From Planctomycetota bacterium (GTDB lineage: Bacteria > Planctomycetota > SZUA-567 > H5-PLA8): DNA of 64,000 bases. Each line of letters starts with the position of its first letter. The first letter of the stretch is position 1. Shown here piece after piece: positions 26,569 through 35,576 of the stretch. The translations under genes were made by a program, and so were the position numbers. The stretch covers positions 10,677 through 74,676 of the forward strand of contig JBBRQD010000004.1 of the NCBI GenBank assembly GCA_038227045.1. The letters are read 5' to 3'. Under the pieces are notes generated by a model that did no database searches, was not told where the DNA came from, and was given only the letters and a program-made list of their open reading frames with translations.

Positions 26569-27564
26569 TCATTCGCCGAGCTTTTCGATCGCGCACTCAA
26601 TGCGCTTTCGATTGGCAGGCTCCATGCATTCGTTCAAGAATTTTCGCGCGGCCGAGCGATGGGGTTCGGTGAGAACGGTGTCGATGTCGGCTTGAGCGGC
26701 TTCCCACTTTTCGCCCGCACTGGTTTCAATCCGCACGGCACCCTTTCCGCGCAAAACGTCGCCGAGCAGCGAAATGGTGCCGCGTTCCACCGCGCCGGAT
26801 GGGGTCACCATCGAATACTTTAGCGATACACCGGACAGCGGCTTCAACGGCGCGGTCGCGGCCAGCGCGGCCAATGTCCGGCCCGCGATGGGCGGAGCCT
26901 TTTTTTCCGGTTCTATTATAATGGCTGTTGGAATCGGCGAGACAATTTCGCCGGCGGGGGTTTCCAACACGACATCGAGATTCGTTTCGTCGGGGCCGTT
27001 CTGTGCGGGCGCATCGTCCGGCTGCGCAAACGACGGAATCAGGATTGGTTGAGCAGCCACGCTCCGGCGATCCTCGTCTGTGGGTGCCGGTACAGCCGGG
27101 CGATCCACTTGTACTGCAGCGGGAGCCGGGGGAACGGGGCGGTCGGTTGCAATGCGAGGCATTGCAGCGCCGGAATCGTTCGCCGTTACGCCATCGCTCG
27201 GCGCGCGTGCGGTCGCGGCAAAATAAACCATGCCGGCGGCGAGCGCTGCGCACGCGGCGGCTTTCGAAAAAAAGCGCGTTAAACCCAACGATTTGCGCAA
27301 TGTGTCGAATTCTTTTTTCTGCGCGGCGCGGTCGTCGGTTTTCCACAACGCGCGCAGGCTCTCGGCCAGATTCTTGGATTGAGCGGATTGCACTTCGAGC
27401 GCTTTGCGGCAGGCGGCGCAGGTGGCCAGATGTCCGCGCAAATCCCGGGCATCGGCGGGCGCCAGTTCCCCGTCGACCTGGCGCGTAATCAGCAGCGCCA
27501 CGCGATCGCAACCGGGATCGCAGGCACTATCGAGCCAGTTGCCAGTTGAAGAATCCAATTGCAT
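26569..27564 (-). CDS. zinc-binding (ZAS-type) anti-sigma factor
   Basis: HLATCAAC fits H-x3-C-x2-C. One TM helix (FFSKAAACAALAAGMVYFAA). Located 68 nt downstream of an ECF sigma gene. Confidence 0.8.
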   Translation of the reverse strand: MQLDSSTGNWLDSACDPGCDRVALLITRQVDGELAPADARDLRGHLATCAACRKALEVQSAQSKNLAESLRALWKTDDRAAQKKEFDTLRKSLGLTRFFSKAAACAALAAGMVYFAATARAPSDGVTANDSGAAMPRIATDRPVPPAPAAVQVDRPAVPAPTDEDRRSVAAQPILIPSFAQPDDAPAQNGPDETNLDVVLETPAGEIVSPIPTAIIIEPEKKAPPIAGRTLAALAATAPLKPLSGVSLKYSMVTPSGAVERGTISLLGDVLRGKGAVRIETSAGEKWEAAQADIDTVLTEPHRSAARKFLNECMEPANRKRIECAIEKLGE

Positions 27565-27632
27565 GATACCACCCGTTACCCGATCGGAGCCTAGAACAAC
27601 GGCTCATTTTTCAATGAGCCGTTGGGTGTCGT

Positions 27633-28427
27633 TCATACAGAAACCTTTTCACCGCGTGGATCGCGTTTTCGGCCTCTGTCGAAGCGTCTCCCCAACCGTT
27701 CCTGAAGCATCTTGCGCGCCCGAACCAGGCGCACTTCCAGCGATTTCACGCTGACATTTAAAATCGACGACATCTCGGAATAGCTGAGCTCCTGCACATG
27801 CTTCAAGACCAGCACTTCGCGATAAATGTCCGGCAACTTGCCGATTGCATCGAGAATCGATCCGACTTTTTCATCTTCGTCCAGCGCGACGCCCGGCGTT
27901 TCTTCCACCGACATCCGCGCGCCTTCGCGCATGGATTCGGTATCGATCCCAATGGGCTGCGGCGCCCGTTCGCGCCGCTGGGCCATTGAAAGCGCCACGT
28001 TGCGAGTCATCCGGTACATCCACGGCCTGAACGCTTCCGGCGTTTCCAGTCCGGTCAGGTGTTTGACCACCCGCACACAGACATCCTGAGCCGCATCCTC
28101 GGCGAGGTGCGCATCGCCCAGCACCGAATAGGCTATGCCGCGCACCCAGGTACGGTTGGTTTCAATCAACCGCGTCATCGCCGCCGCATCGCCACGCTGA
28201 GCCAGACGGACTTCCGACGCCAGCAACCGCGCCTCTTCCGTCTTCTGCGCGTCACGCTCGGTGACGGCCGGGACCATCCCGGAAGAAGACGCTTTGAGGA
28301 CGGGTTGCTTGGAAGCCTGCCGTTGAACGGCACCCCGTGTGCCGGTCGCTTTTTTGTCCACATACGGAACGCCGAATCGCGCTTTCGCATGTGAGCTCAA
28401 CTCGTGCATTGAAATAGACTGAATCAT
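27633..28427 (-). CDS. ECF-type sigma factor with N-terminal extension of about 70 aa
   Basis: Region 2 (LIETNRTWVRGIAYSVLGDAHLAEDAAQDVCVRVV, FRPWMYRMTRNVAL) and region 4 (LPDIYREVLVLKHVQELSYSEMSSILNVSVKSLEVRLVRARKML). ATG 28427 lies 7 nt after AGGGGG. Confidence 0.85.
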   Translation of the reverse strand: MIQSISMHELSSHAKARFGVPYVDKKATGTRGAVQRQASKQPVLKASSSGMVPAVTERDAQKTEEARLLASEVRLAQRGDAAAMTRLIETNRTWVRGIAYSVLGDAHLAEDAAQDVCVRVVKHLTGLETPEAFRPWMYRMTRNVALSMAQRRERAPQPIGIDTESMREGARMSVEETPGVALDEDEKVGSILDAIGKLPDIYREVLVLKHVQELSYSEMSSILNVSVKSLEVRLVRARKMLQERLGRRFDRGRKRDPRGEKVSV

Positions 28428-28872
28428 GTTTGTGCCCCCTACCGCCAAAAGTCAATTATTCCACAGTTGTACGAAGTGTCAAACCTTGAAGAAACATAAT
28501 TCTTTGATATTTTAAGCACGTGTGGCGTGATTGAATATTCGCGCATATATCATTTTAAAGTCTTTAAGTTCAATAATTTGCGATAAACACAATTTATATG
28601 CACGATGCTCAATTGTGCTCAATTACATAACGCCATACGCCGCCTGAAATAGTGACTATTAAAGTCGCCGCTTTTAACTTATCGGACGTTCCATTTGGCA
28701 CATTACCAGCAACAGCGATTCGAAGAAATTGAGTGGGCTAAACAACGAGAACCCATTTCGATTACGTTGCTGTCCTGATATTTTTTACGCAAACACTTTG
28801 TCATCGCTTCACCTTGTCATACCGCCCGCGTCATGCTATTTTTCACACCGCGCAACACCGGAGATTTCCCAC

Positions 28873-29685
28873 GTGCCCAGACCCCGCACCGCCGTTGAAT
28901 CGAACGAAGCCTATCACGACCGCGTGGCGCATCGCTATGACGACGTGTATTCCAATGCGCGCTGGGATCGCTTTTACGAGATCTCGTGGGCCGGGATCAA
29001 GCCGCATATTCCCAGCGATCTGCGCGCGCCGATCGTCGATCTCGGCTGCGGCACGGGCAAGTACGGTTTGCGTCTGGCGAAATCCGGTTATTCAGTGGTC
29101 TTAAGCGATCTTTCGCGGGCCATGCTCGACGTCAGCCGCCAGAAAGCCGCCTCCTTGGGCGTCGAAGGACGTGTCACGTATTTAAAAGCCGACGTGATGG
29201 ATTTGAACGAACTGCCCCGTGCGCATTTCGCGCTGGCCATCGCGCAGGGCGATCCGCTGTCGTTCGCGGAACAGCCGGCCAAGGCGCTGAAAGAAATCGG
29301 AAAGATCCTGCGCCCCGGCGGAGTGCTGGTGGCATCCCTGGATCAGACACTCGCGGCCATCGATCACTACGTTGAAAAAAGCGATCTCGACGGCCTTGAG
29401 AAACTGTTGAAAAACGGCGAAATGGAATGGTTGGCGCGCGAAGAAGACGAACGCTTCCCGGTCCACACTTTCACGCCCGAACGATTGCGCGCGCTGTTTG
29501 AAAACGCCGGATTCGAAGTGCTGGATCTGTACGGCAAGACCGTGCTGCCATTCAAAAAGCTCGAACCGCTTTTCGTCGACGAAGCCGCCTCCGAACGGCT
29601 GATGGCCCTCGAAAAAAAGCTCTGTCGAATCCCGTCGGCCATGGGCCGCGCAAGCCATTTGCAGATTGCGGCGCGGAAGAGTTAA
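28873..29685 (+). CDS. class I SAM-dependent methyltransferase
   Basis: IVDLGCGTGKYGLRLAKSGYSVVLSDLS (motif I) and LRPGGVLVAS. Start uncertain: GTG 28873 chosen because upstream codons lie in AT-rich non-coding-looking DNA. Confidence 0.8.
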   Translation: MPRPRTAVESNEAYHDRVAHRYDDVYSNARWDRFYEISWAGIKPHIPSDLRAPIVDLGCGTGKYGLRLAKSGYSVVLSDLSRAMLDVSRQKAASLGVEGRVTYLKADVMDLNELPRAHFALAIAQGDPLSFAEQPAKALKEIGKILRPGGVLVASLDQTLAAIDHYVEKSDLDGLEKLLKNGEMEWLAREEDERFPVHTFTPERLRALFENAGFEVLDLYGKTVLPFKKLEPLFVDEAASERLMALEKKLCRIPSAMGRASHLQIAARKS

Positions 29686-29840
29686 ACGCGAGCTTTGGAA
29701 TTTGAGGCTGCTGTATCGCATGTTGCGCCAAAAATTTATTTTCAAATAACCCAAATTTTCGCCACAATCGCGCGGTTAATTTGCGTCCATTGGTTATATA
29801 CTAGAACAACGCGGGAGTCGTCGTTTTGTAAGGTGATTGA

Positions 29841-32800
29841 ATGGCCGAATCGCGGTGCAGCGTCTGTGGTGTGTACTCTTCCGGCAGGGAGCCGGGGGCT
29901 CACGCGGTTACGCTTGATGCGGCCGGGTGCGCGCTGGAAAAAATCTCCGCCAAACACATTGTGTGTTCGTCCTGCTCCGCCAAGTTGTCCCTGGAAATTG
30001 CGCGCGGCCGAACCTCTATTCTCCGTCCACATAGCGACGCCGACATCGAAGCCGACGAACCGGAGTTTGATTCCGCTGCCGAGGACGATCCCCAAGTTGA
30101 ATTGAAAATTGGCAGCGCCACGCATCCGACTCCCCGCGTGTCGGGCGGCAGCACGAAACGCGAGGCTCCTTCGCCCGACGATGCCGTCAAGAACGGCGAG
30201 GCTCGGATTGGTTCCGCGGGCGTCGAATTCGATTTCGCGCGCAAGCGGCAGTTCGCCGGTTACGAACTGCTCGGCGAAATCAGCCGCGGCAGTTTCGGCG
30301 TCGTTTACAAGGCCCGGCAGGCCGGCCTCGATCGCGTCGTCGCTCTGAAGGTTCTGCTCGATGGCGTGCACGCGTCGGAAGAAGCCATCGAGCGCTTCAA
30401 CCGCGAAGCCAAATCCGTCGCGCGGCTCAAGCATCCCAACGTCGTGCCGATTTACGACATCGGTGCCTGCGATGGGCACCACTATTTCGCGATGGAATTC
30501 ATCGAAGGCTATCCGCTTTCGACGCATATCCTCGCGCGCTCGCTGACCATCTCCGATGCGCTGGCGCTCGCCGAACGCGTGGCCGACGCGCTCGAATGCG
30601 CGCACAAAGCAGGCGTCATTCACCGCGACATCAAACCGTCCAACATACTCGTCGACAAAAGCGGTGTGCCGCACATCACCGATTTTGGGCTGGCCAAGCA
30701 GGTCGATCTCGAAAACAAATACACGATGTCCGGCACGACGCTCGGCACGCCCGCGTACATGCCGCCCGAACAGGCGCGCGGGCAGATCCACAAGATCGAC
30801 GCGCGTTCGGACGTCTACGCGCTCGGCACCGTTCTCTACGAAATGCTCACTGGCGTGACGCCCTTTTCCGGCCGCTCGCTGCTGGAAGTCGTCGTCGCCG
30901 TGATCAACGAACCGGTGCCGCCGCCGCGCCAGTTGAATCCCAAGATCCATCGCGACATTCAGACCATCGTTTTGAAGTGCCTGGAGAAAGAGCGCGAGCA
31001 GCGTTACAGCAGCGCCGCCGATCTGCGCGACGACCTGCGCCGCTTCCGCTCAGGCGAAGCCATCCTGGCGCGCCCCGCGGGAATCTTCAGCCGCATGGGT
31101 CGGTTCGTTAAACGCCACACCTGGTTCATGGCGTCCGCTGCCGCCGTCGCGGCGGCCATATGCGCCGTTGTGATGTTCATCAACGAAAGCCGCGTCGGCA
31201 ACGAAAAGCTGCTTAAAGAACGCATCAGCATGGACCAGAAGTTCAAGGAGTTGCGTGACAAAGAGCAGGTGAAGTGGATGCGCGAATGGGAGTTCCGCGG
31301 TTCGTCGGGACTGGAACCGGGGCGCGCGCCGGTCTATGTGCCGGGTGGCCGCATGCCCGCGAACGAGACGCTGGTGTCGCCGGAAACCGACCGTTTCTTC
31401 GGCGACTGCCGCGCCACGCTGGAATTCACGCTCACCGTCGAAGCCGCCGCGCTGGGTTTCACCGGAGGGGTTCAAAGCATCACCAGCATCGATGGCATCC
31501 CCTATGTCCTCGAAGTCAAGAGCGGCAGCGCGCGCCTGTGGGGGCCGTCCGACCTTTATGTGTTCGGGAACAACTTCAATCGGAACAAAGACGCCCCGCT
31601 GCATCTGGAAATCAAGCTGGAAAAAGAAGCGCCGCAACTCGTCGCGGGGCATTACAAGCTGGTCATCGAACGCAATGGTACGCGCCTGAAGTTTATCGTC
31701 AGCGGCGAATCGTCGCAGCCGGTGCCGGGCGAACTCGCGCTGCCTCCCTTGCCGCTCATTCCGCCCGGCTTTCCTCCGTCGCCCGTGCTGCCGACCGCTG
31801 CAAAACCTGTCGCGTGGGGGCCGCTGCAACTTGAGATTCAGGATAACAATCTCAGCCATTGGTCCATGAAATACACGCAACTGGTGCTGCGCAAACCGCC
31901 GGGCGGATTGCTGGTTCATGCCGGCGAAGTGCAGCGCAAATTCGGCGGCCCGGCGGGAATGGAAGTGACCGCGCTGAACAATTTTTATACCGGCGAATAC
32001 ACGGGCGCGATGCTCGATTTCAAAGTCATCGCGCAGTCCGGCGACGACTTCAACCGGGCGCGCGCCAAGTATCAACTTGGGCTGATCAAGGAAATCTGCC
32101 TGTCAACCGGCGGCGGCGTGGACCAGGTGATCGCGCACTATCTCGACGCCAAACAGATTCTGTATCGTCTGCGCTATCAAAAGAGTTCGCCGATGTATCG
32201 CGAACACGCGTTCCTGGTTCAGGAAATCCGCATGCGCCTGGCGGTATGTTACGCCAAGAAAAGCGATTGGGGCAGTGCCTTCGACCACTGGCACGCCGTC
32301 GACGAAGAACTGACGCAGGGCTGGATGGACAACGCGAAAGTCGGCGAACCGCTGGGCTGGGAATTGCTCTCCATTCTCGACCTCACGCAACGCGAGCCGG
32401 ATAAAGACGCGGTCATCGGGCCGGCGCTGGATGTCTTCGCGCATTGCGGACTCGATCCCGTTTCGACGCGGCTGTCCGAAAATGCGAAGGCCATGGGCCT
32501 GCTGCTGTCGCTGAAGGGCCGCTACAGCGACTTGCGCGAACTCTACCACTCGGTGCCGACACCCGCGCTGTACGATGTATTCGCGGACGCGGCGGGGCGG
32601 GCGCTGGAGAAACAGCCCGACGAAGCGCTCAAGTTGTTGACGTATCTTCCGATCGAAAATGCCAAGCCGGCCGTGGCCGGCGGCGGAAACAAAAAACCGT
32701 CGGCGCTGGCCTCCCGCGCCGCCGATGTCGTGGCCGTGCTGGCCAAGGCCAAGCGCTGGCAGGACGCGCAGACGCTGATATTGCGTTACCCGACGCCGCG

Positions 32801-34052
32801 GGCATTCGTGCATTTCTTCGACGAATTGCCGCCCGAAGCGATTGCGCCGGAGACCGCTGCCGGGTTCTATGCGGACGCTTTGCCAAAGGTGCTGGCCGCC
32901 ATGCCGAAGGACGATGCCGCGCGCGTCTCGCTCGATCGCGCGCTGGACCGTCTGGGGCGGACACTGGCGGACGGCGCGCGCTTCATCGAGCTGATTCCGC
33001 TTCACGCCGCCGTGCGGCTGGGCGGGAAATTCGACGCGCGGCTGGCGTCATTTTTTGCCGAAGCCGTCGAAAAACTCTCCTCTTCTGGCGACGGAGAATC
33101 CGACGAGCTGGCGCTGAAGCTGCTGAAATACGCGTCCGAACACGTCGCGCGCTCGCAGGCTGGATTGCGCCAGGCGGCCATTGAAATGGCCAAACGCAAA
33201 GCCGCCAACGGCGACGACGTCTCCTTCAAAACCATCGTGCGCATCAAGGAAGCCTACCCCACATCGCATCTCGCACCTTACGCCCGGCAGGCGCTGCGCG
33301 AATATTGCCAGGCGCGCCGTTACGACGACGCGGTGGCGTACTTTATTCTGGCGCGCGGAAAATTCAGCGCGGAAGGCGCATCGTTGCTGCCTGATGTCAT
33401 CGCGGCGCTGGAGAACACCGACGCGGCCTTGCGCGAACGGCTGCTGGAGACCATCTGGATCTCCGTGCGCGACGACCTTAAACTGCTCGACGACGAATCG
33501 CTCGCGCGACAATGGCAGATGGAATTCGGCGACCTGCTGTTGGCGCTGGCCAATTGGAGCGGCGCGCGCAAGAACTATCAGGCGCTGCTGGCGACTCAGG
33601 AAACCGATCCATCGGCTGCCGCGCGCGCCGGGCTGCGCCTCGCTGCGCTCAATCTTGCCCGCCCCGATCCATTGGGCGCCGTCGCGCTCGCGCCCGCACT
33701 GGCGGCGCTCACGGCAAAGGCCGCGCCCGCCGACTTCCAACTCGCGGCCCAGGCGCTGACCCCCGGCGGCGCGTTGCGTGTGCAGGAACTCGCCAATAAA
33801 GTCAAAGCTATTCAGCCGCCCGCGTTGAGCGAAGCGGAATGGACCCTGATTTACGGCTTGCGCGCGCGCCTGGACGGCGACGACACTGCGGCGCAGCAGT
33901 TCTTCAAACAGGCGCTCGAACGCGCCCAAGCCGCGCGCTTGTGGACCGGCACTGTCGCATCCGACATACTGCGGCCGAAGAAAGTCGCCGCCGAAAAAGA
34001 GCCTTCAACGGTTGCGACACCCGTCAAGCCGGAAGCCGACGAACCGCCGTAA
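29841..34052 (+). CDS. giant Ser/Thr protein kinase: Zn-ribbon-like N-terminus, kinase domain, TM helix, about 930-aa helical-repeat C-terminal region
   Basis: CSVCG...CSSCS. Kinase motifs GSFGVVYKA, VALKVL, HRDIKPSNIL, DFGLA, GTPAYMPPE. TM FMASAAAVAAAICAVVMFI. Ala/Leu-rich TPR-like C-terminus. Confidence 0.9.
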   Translation: MAESRCSVCGVYSSGREPGAHAVTLDAAGCALEKISAKHIVCSSCSAKLSLEIARGRTSILRPHSDADIEADEPEFDSAAEDDPQVELKIGSATHPTPRVSGGSTKREAPSPDDAVKNGEARIGSAGVEFDFARKRQFAGYELLGEISRGSFGVVYKARQAGLDRVVALKVLLDGVHASEEAIERFNREAKSVARLKHPNVVPIYDIGACDGHHYFAMEFIEGYPLSTHILARSLTISDALALAERVADALECAHKAGVIHRDIKPSNILVDKSGVPHITDFGLAKQVDLENKYTMSGTTLGTPAYMPPEQARGQIHKIDARSDVYALGTVLYEMLTGVTPFSGRSLLEVVVAVINEPVPPPRQLNPKIHRDIQTIVLKCLEKEREQRYSSAADLRDDLRRFRSGEAILARPAGIFSRMGRFVKRHTWFMASAAAVAAAICAVVMFINESRVGNEKLLKERISMDQKFKELRDKEQVKWMREWEFRGSSGLEPGRAPVYVPGGRMPANETLVSPETDRFFGDCRATLEFTLTVEAAALGFTGGVQSITSIDGIPYVLEVKSGSARLWGPSDLYVFGNNFNRNKDAPLHLEIKLEKEAPQLVAGHYKLVIERNGTRLKFIVSGESSQPVPGELALPPLPLIPPGFPPSPVLPTAAKPVAWGPLQLEIQDNNLSHWSMKYTQLVLRKPPGGLLVHAGEVQRKFGGPAGMEVTALNNFYTGEYTGAMLDFKVIAQSGDDFNRARAKYQLGLIKEICLSTGGGVDQVIAHYLDAKQILYRLRYQKSSPMYREHAFLVQEIRMRLAVCYAKKSDWGSAFDHWHAVDEELTQGWMDNAKVGEPLGWELLSILDLTQREPDKDAVIGPALDVFAHCGLDPVSTRLSENAKAMGLLLSLKGRYSDLRELYHSVPTPALYDVFADAAGRALEKQPDEALKLLTYLPIENAKPAVAGGGNKKPSALASRAADVVAVLAKAKRWQDAQTLILRYPTPRAFVHFFDELPPEAIAPETAAGFYADALPKVLAAMPKDDAARVSLDRALDRLGRTLADGARFIELIPLHAAVRLGGKFDARLASFFAEAVEKLSSSGDGESDELALKLLKYASEHVARSQAGLRQAAIEMAKRKAANGDDVSFKTIVRIKEAYPTSHLAPYARQALREYCQARRYDDAVAYFILARGKFSAEGASLLPDVIAALENTDAALRERLLETIWISVRDDLKLLDDESLARQWQMEFGDLLLALANWSGARKNYQALLATQETDPSAAARAGLRLAALNLARPDPLGAVALAPALAALTAKAAPADFQLAAQALTPGGALRVQELANKVKAIQPPALSEAEWTLIYGLRARLDGDDTAAQQFFKQALERAQAARLWTGTVASDILRPKKVAAEKEPSTVATPVKPEADEPP

Positions 34053-34327
34053 GAGTTTTCCTCCGTCATTCCGAAGTTCGGCAATCGTGCCGAAACGTCG
34101 ACTAAACTCCAATCATATCGACTGCTGTGAAAAGTACACATGCCAGTAGATTTCGAATTCTTGATCATCTCTATAACTACAATAATTGCATAAAATTATA
34201 TTATCAAGATTGGCAATCGACGCGTCTTCATCGCGCACGATTGTGGGGTTGGTATTGGTCTTGCTACCTTTACCTATTACTCGGCTGGGCTATGTCACCG
34301 AGAATTAAAAGTTAAGGAGCGGCTCAA

Positions 34328-34909
34328 ATGAAAACTCGACTAATCTCATGGTTATGTGCAATCGCGTTAATCTGCGCGGGAGAACTTCGCGCCGCAAATC
34401 AGACCAGCGTGCCGGCCAAATACGACATCATTCTGAATAAAGACATCGTCGAGGTGCTCAAGGCGGACGGACATTATAGCATCTTATTGAAGCGGCTGGA
34501 CGAAGCCAAGTTGACCGAAATGCTGCGGCAGAAAGGTTCGTTTACGCTGTTCGCGCCCACCGATGAAGCGTTTCGAAAACTGCTGAGCGTCACGGACATG
34601 CAGCAAGACCAGACGCAATTGATAGCGATTCTGAAAAACCATATCGTCACCGACCACATTTATACAGCGGTTGAAATTCCGGCGCTCCAGTCCATAACCA
34701 TGATGAGCGGCGAAACGATGAGCGTCACGTTGGTCAATCAAAAGCCGCGGATTAACGGCGCGCGAATCATGCAGGCGGACATGGCCGCAATCAACGGCAC
34801 AGTGCACGGCATCGACACAGTGCTGATGCGCTCGAAGGACTCCATTTTAAATGGACAAAATCCGCCGCGTATTCCCGAACCGGGCGACTTTGTGTCCGAA
34901 AACCCATAA
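34328..34909 (+). CDS. secreted fasciclin (FAS1) domain protein
   Basis: Signal peptide, then FTLFAPTDEAF, ILKNHIV and NGTVHGIDTVL FAS1 motifs. SD AAGGAG upstream. Confidence 0.88.
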   Translation: MKTRLISWLCAIALICAGELRAANQTSVPAKYDIILNKDIVEVLKADGHYSILLKRLDEAKLTEMLRQKGSFTLFAPTDEAFRKLLSVTDMQQDQTQLIAILKNHIVTDHIYTAVEIPALQSITMMSGETMSVTLVNQKPRINGARIMQADMAAINGTVHGIDTVLMRSKDSILNGQNPPRIPEPGDFVSENP

Positions 34910-34917
34910 AGTACTCC

Positions 34918-34945
34918 TTGCAATCCGGCGCGCCTCGCATATACT
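34918..34945 (+). promoter_or_regulatory. candidate sigma-70 promoter of rpmE
   Basis: TTGCAA (34918-23), 16-nt spacer, TATACT (34940-45), about 75 nt upstream of the rpmE ATG. Confidence 0.35.
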
Positions 34946-35021
34946 TTTCCGCCCCATGGCCCATGGAATGTCCCTCTGGGTTTCTGGGGAAATAGCGAGT
35001 TCGCATAAGGAATCGAAGATC

Positions 35022-35324
35022 ATGAAAGACGGATTGCATCCGAAGTATAAACCCGTGACCATCACCTGCGTCGGCTGCGGCACCAAGATCGAAAGCCGTT
35101 CGACGAAGGCCAAGGATTACTCCATCGACGTCTGTTCGCACTGCCACCCATTTTATACGGGACGCCAGAAGTTCGTCGACTCCGCCGGCCGCGTCGAACG
35201 CTTCCAGAAGAAGTGGGACGCGAAGAAGGCCAAGGACACTTCCGACGCAGCCAAGAAAGCCGCGAAAGACGTCGCCGAACCCGTCGCGCCAGTCGCCGAA
35301 GCCGCCGCCGCTGTTTCCAAGTAG
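35022..35324 (+). CDS. rpmE: 50S ribosomal protein L31 (Zn-ribbon type) with Lys/Ala-rich C-terminal tail
   Basis: MKDGLHPKYKPVTITCVGCG...DVCSHCHPFYTGRQK. Start at the internal ATG 35022 of the track ORF. Confidence 0.92.
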   Translation: MKDGLHPKYKPVTITCVGCGTKIESRSTKAKDYSIDVCSHCHPFYTGRQKFVDSAGRVERFQKKWDAKKAKDTSDAAKKAAKDVAEPVAPVAEAAAAVSK

Positions 35325-35342
35325 CTACGCCTGTGTACAATT

Positions 35343-35390
35343 AAAAGTCCTGGGTTGCGAGGTTTCGCGGCTCGGGACTTTTTTATTTTC
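35343..35390 (+). terminator. rho-independent terminator of rpmE
   Basis: aaaagtcc...(inner gcga-ggtt-tcgc)...gggac followed by ttttttatttt. Confidence 0.7.
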
Positions 35391-35417
35391 GGGAGTTTCA
35401 CTTAGCCTCGCGAGAAA

Positions 35418-35522
35418 TGACAAGGTGACAAGGTGAGGGGGTGACAAGGTGAAACGACTCATTATTTCCGACTGTATTTGCCTTTTCACCCCCCCTCACC
35501 TTGTCACCTTGTCACCCCCTCA
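35418..35522. repeat. Repeat family A: inverted pair of GTGACAAGGTG module arrays
   Basis: Left tgacaaggtgacaaggtgagggggtgacaaggtgaaa. Right tttcaccccccctcaccttgtcaccttgtcaccccctca. About 23 bp can pair. Lies between the rpmE terminator and prfA. Confidence 0.85.
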
Positions 35523-35576
35523 TCTTCGAGCGGGCACTCAGCGACCGAATTTTACAGTAACGAATGAGAACAAAAC

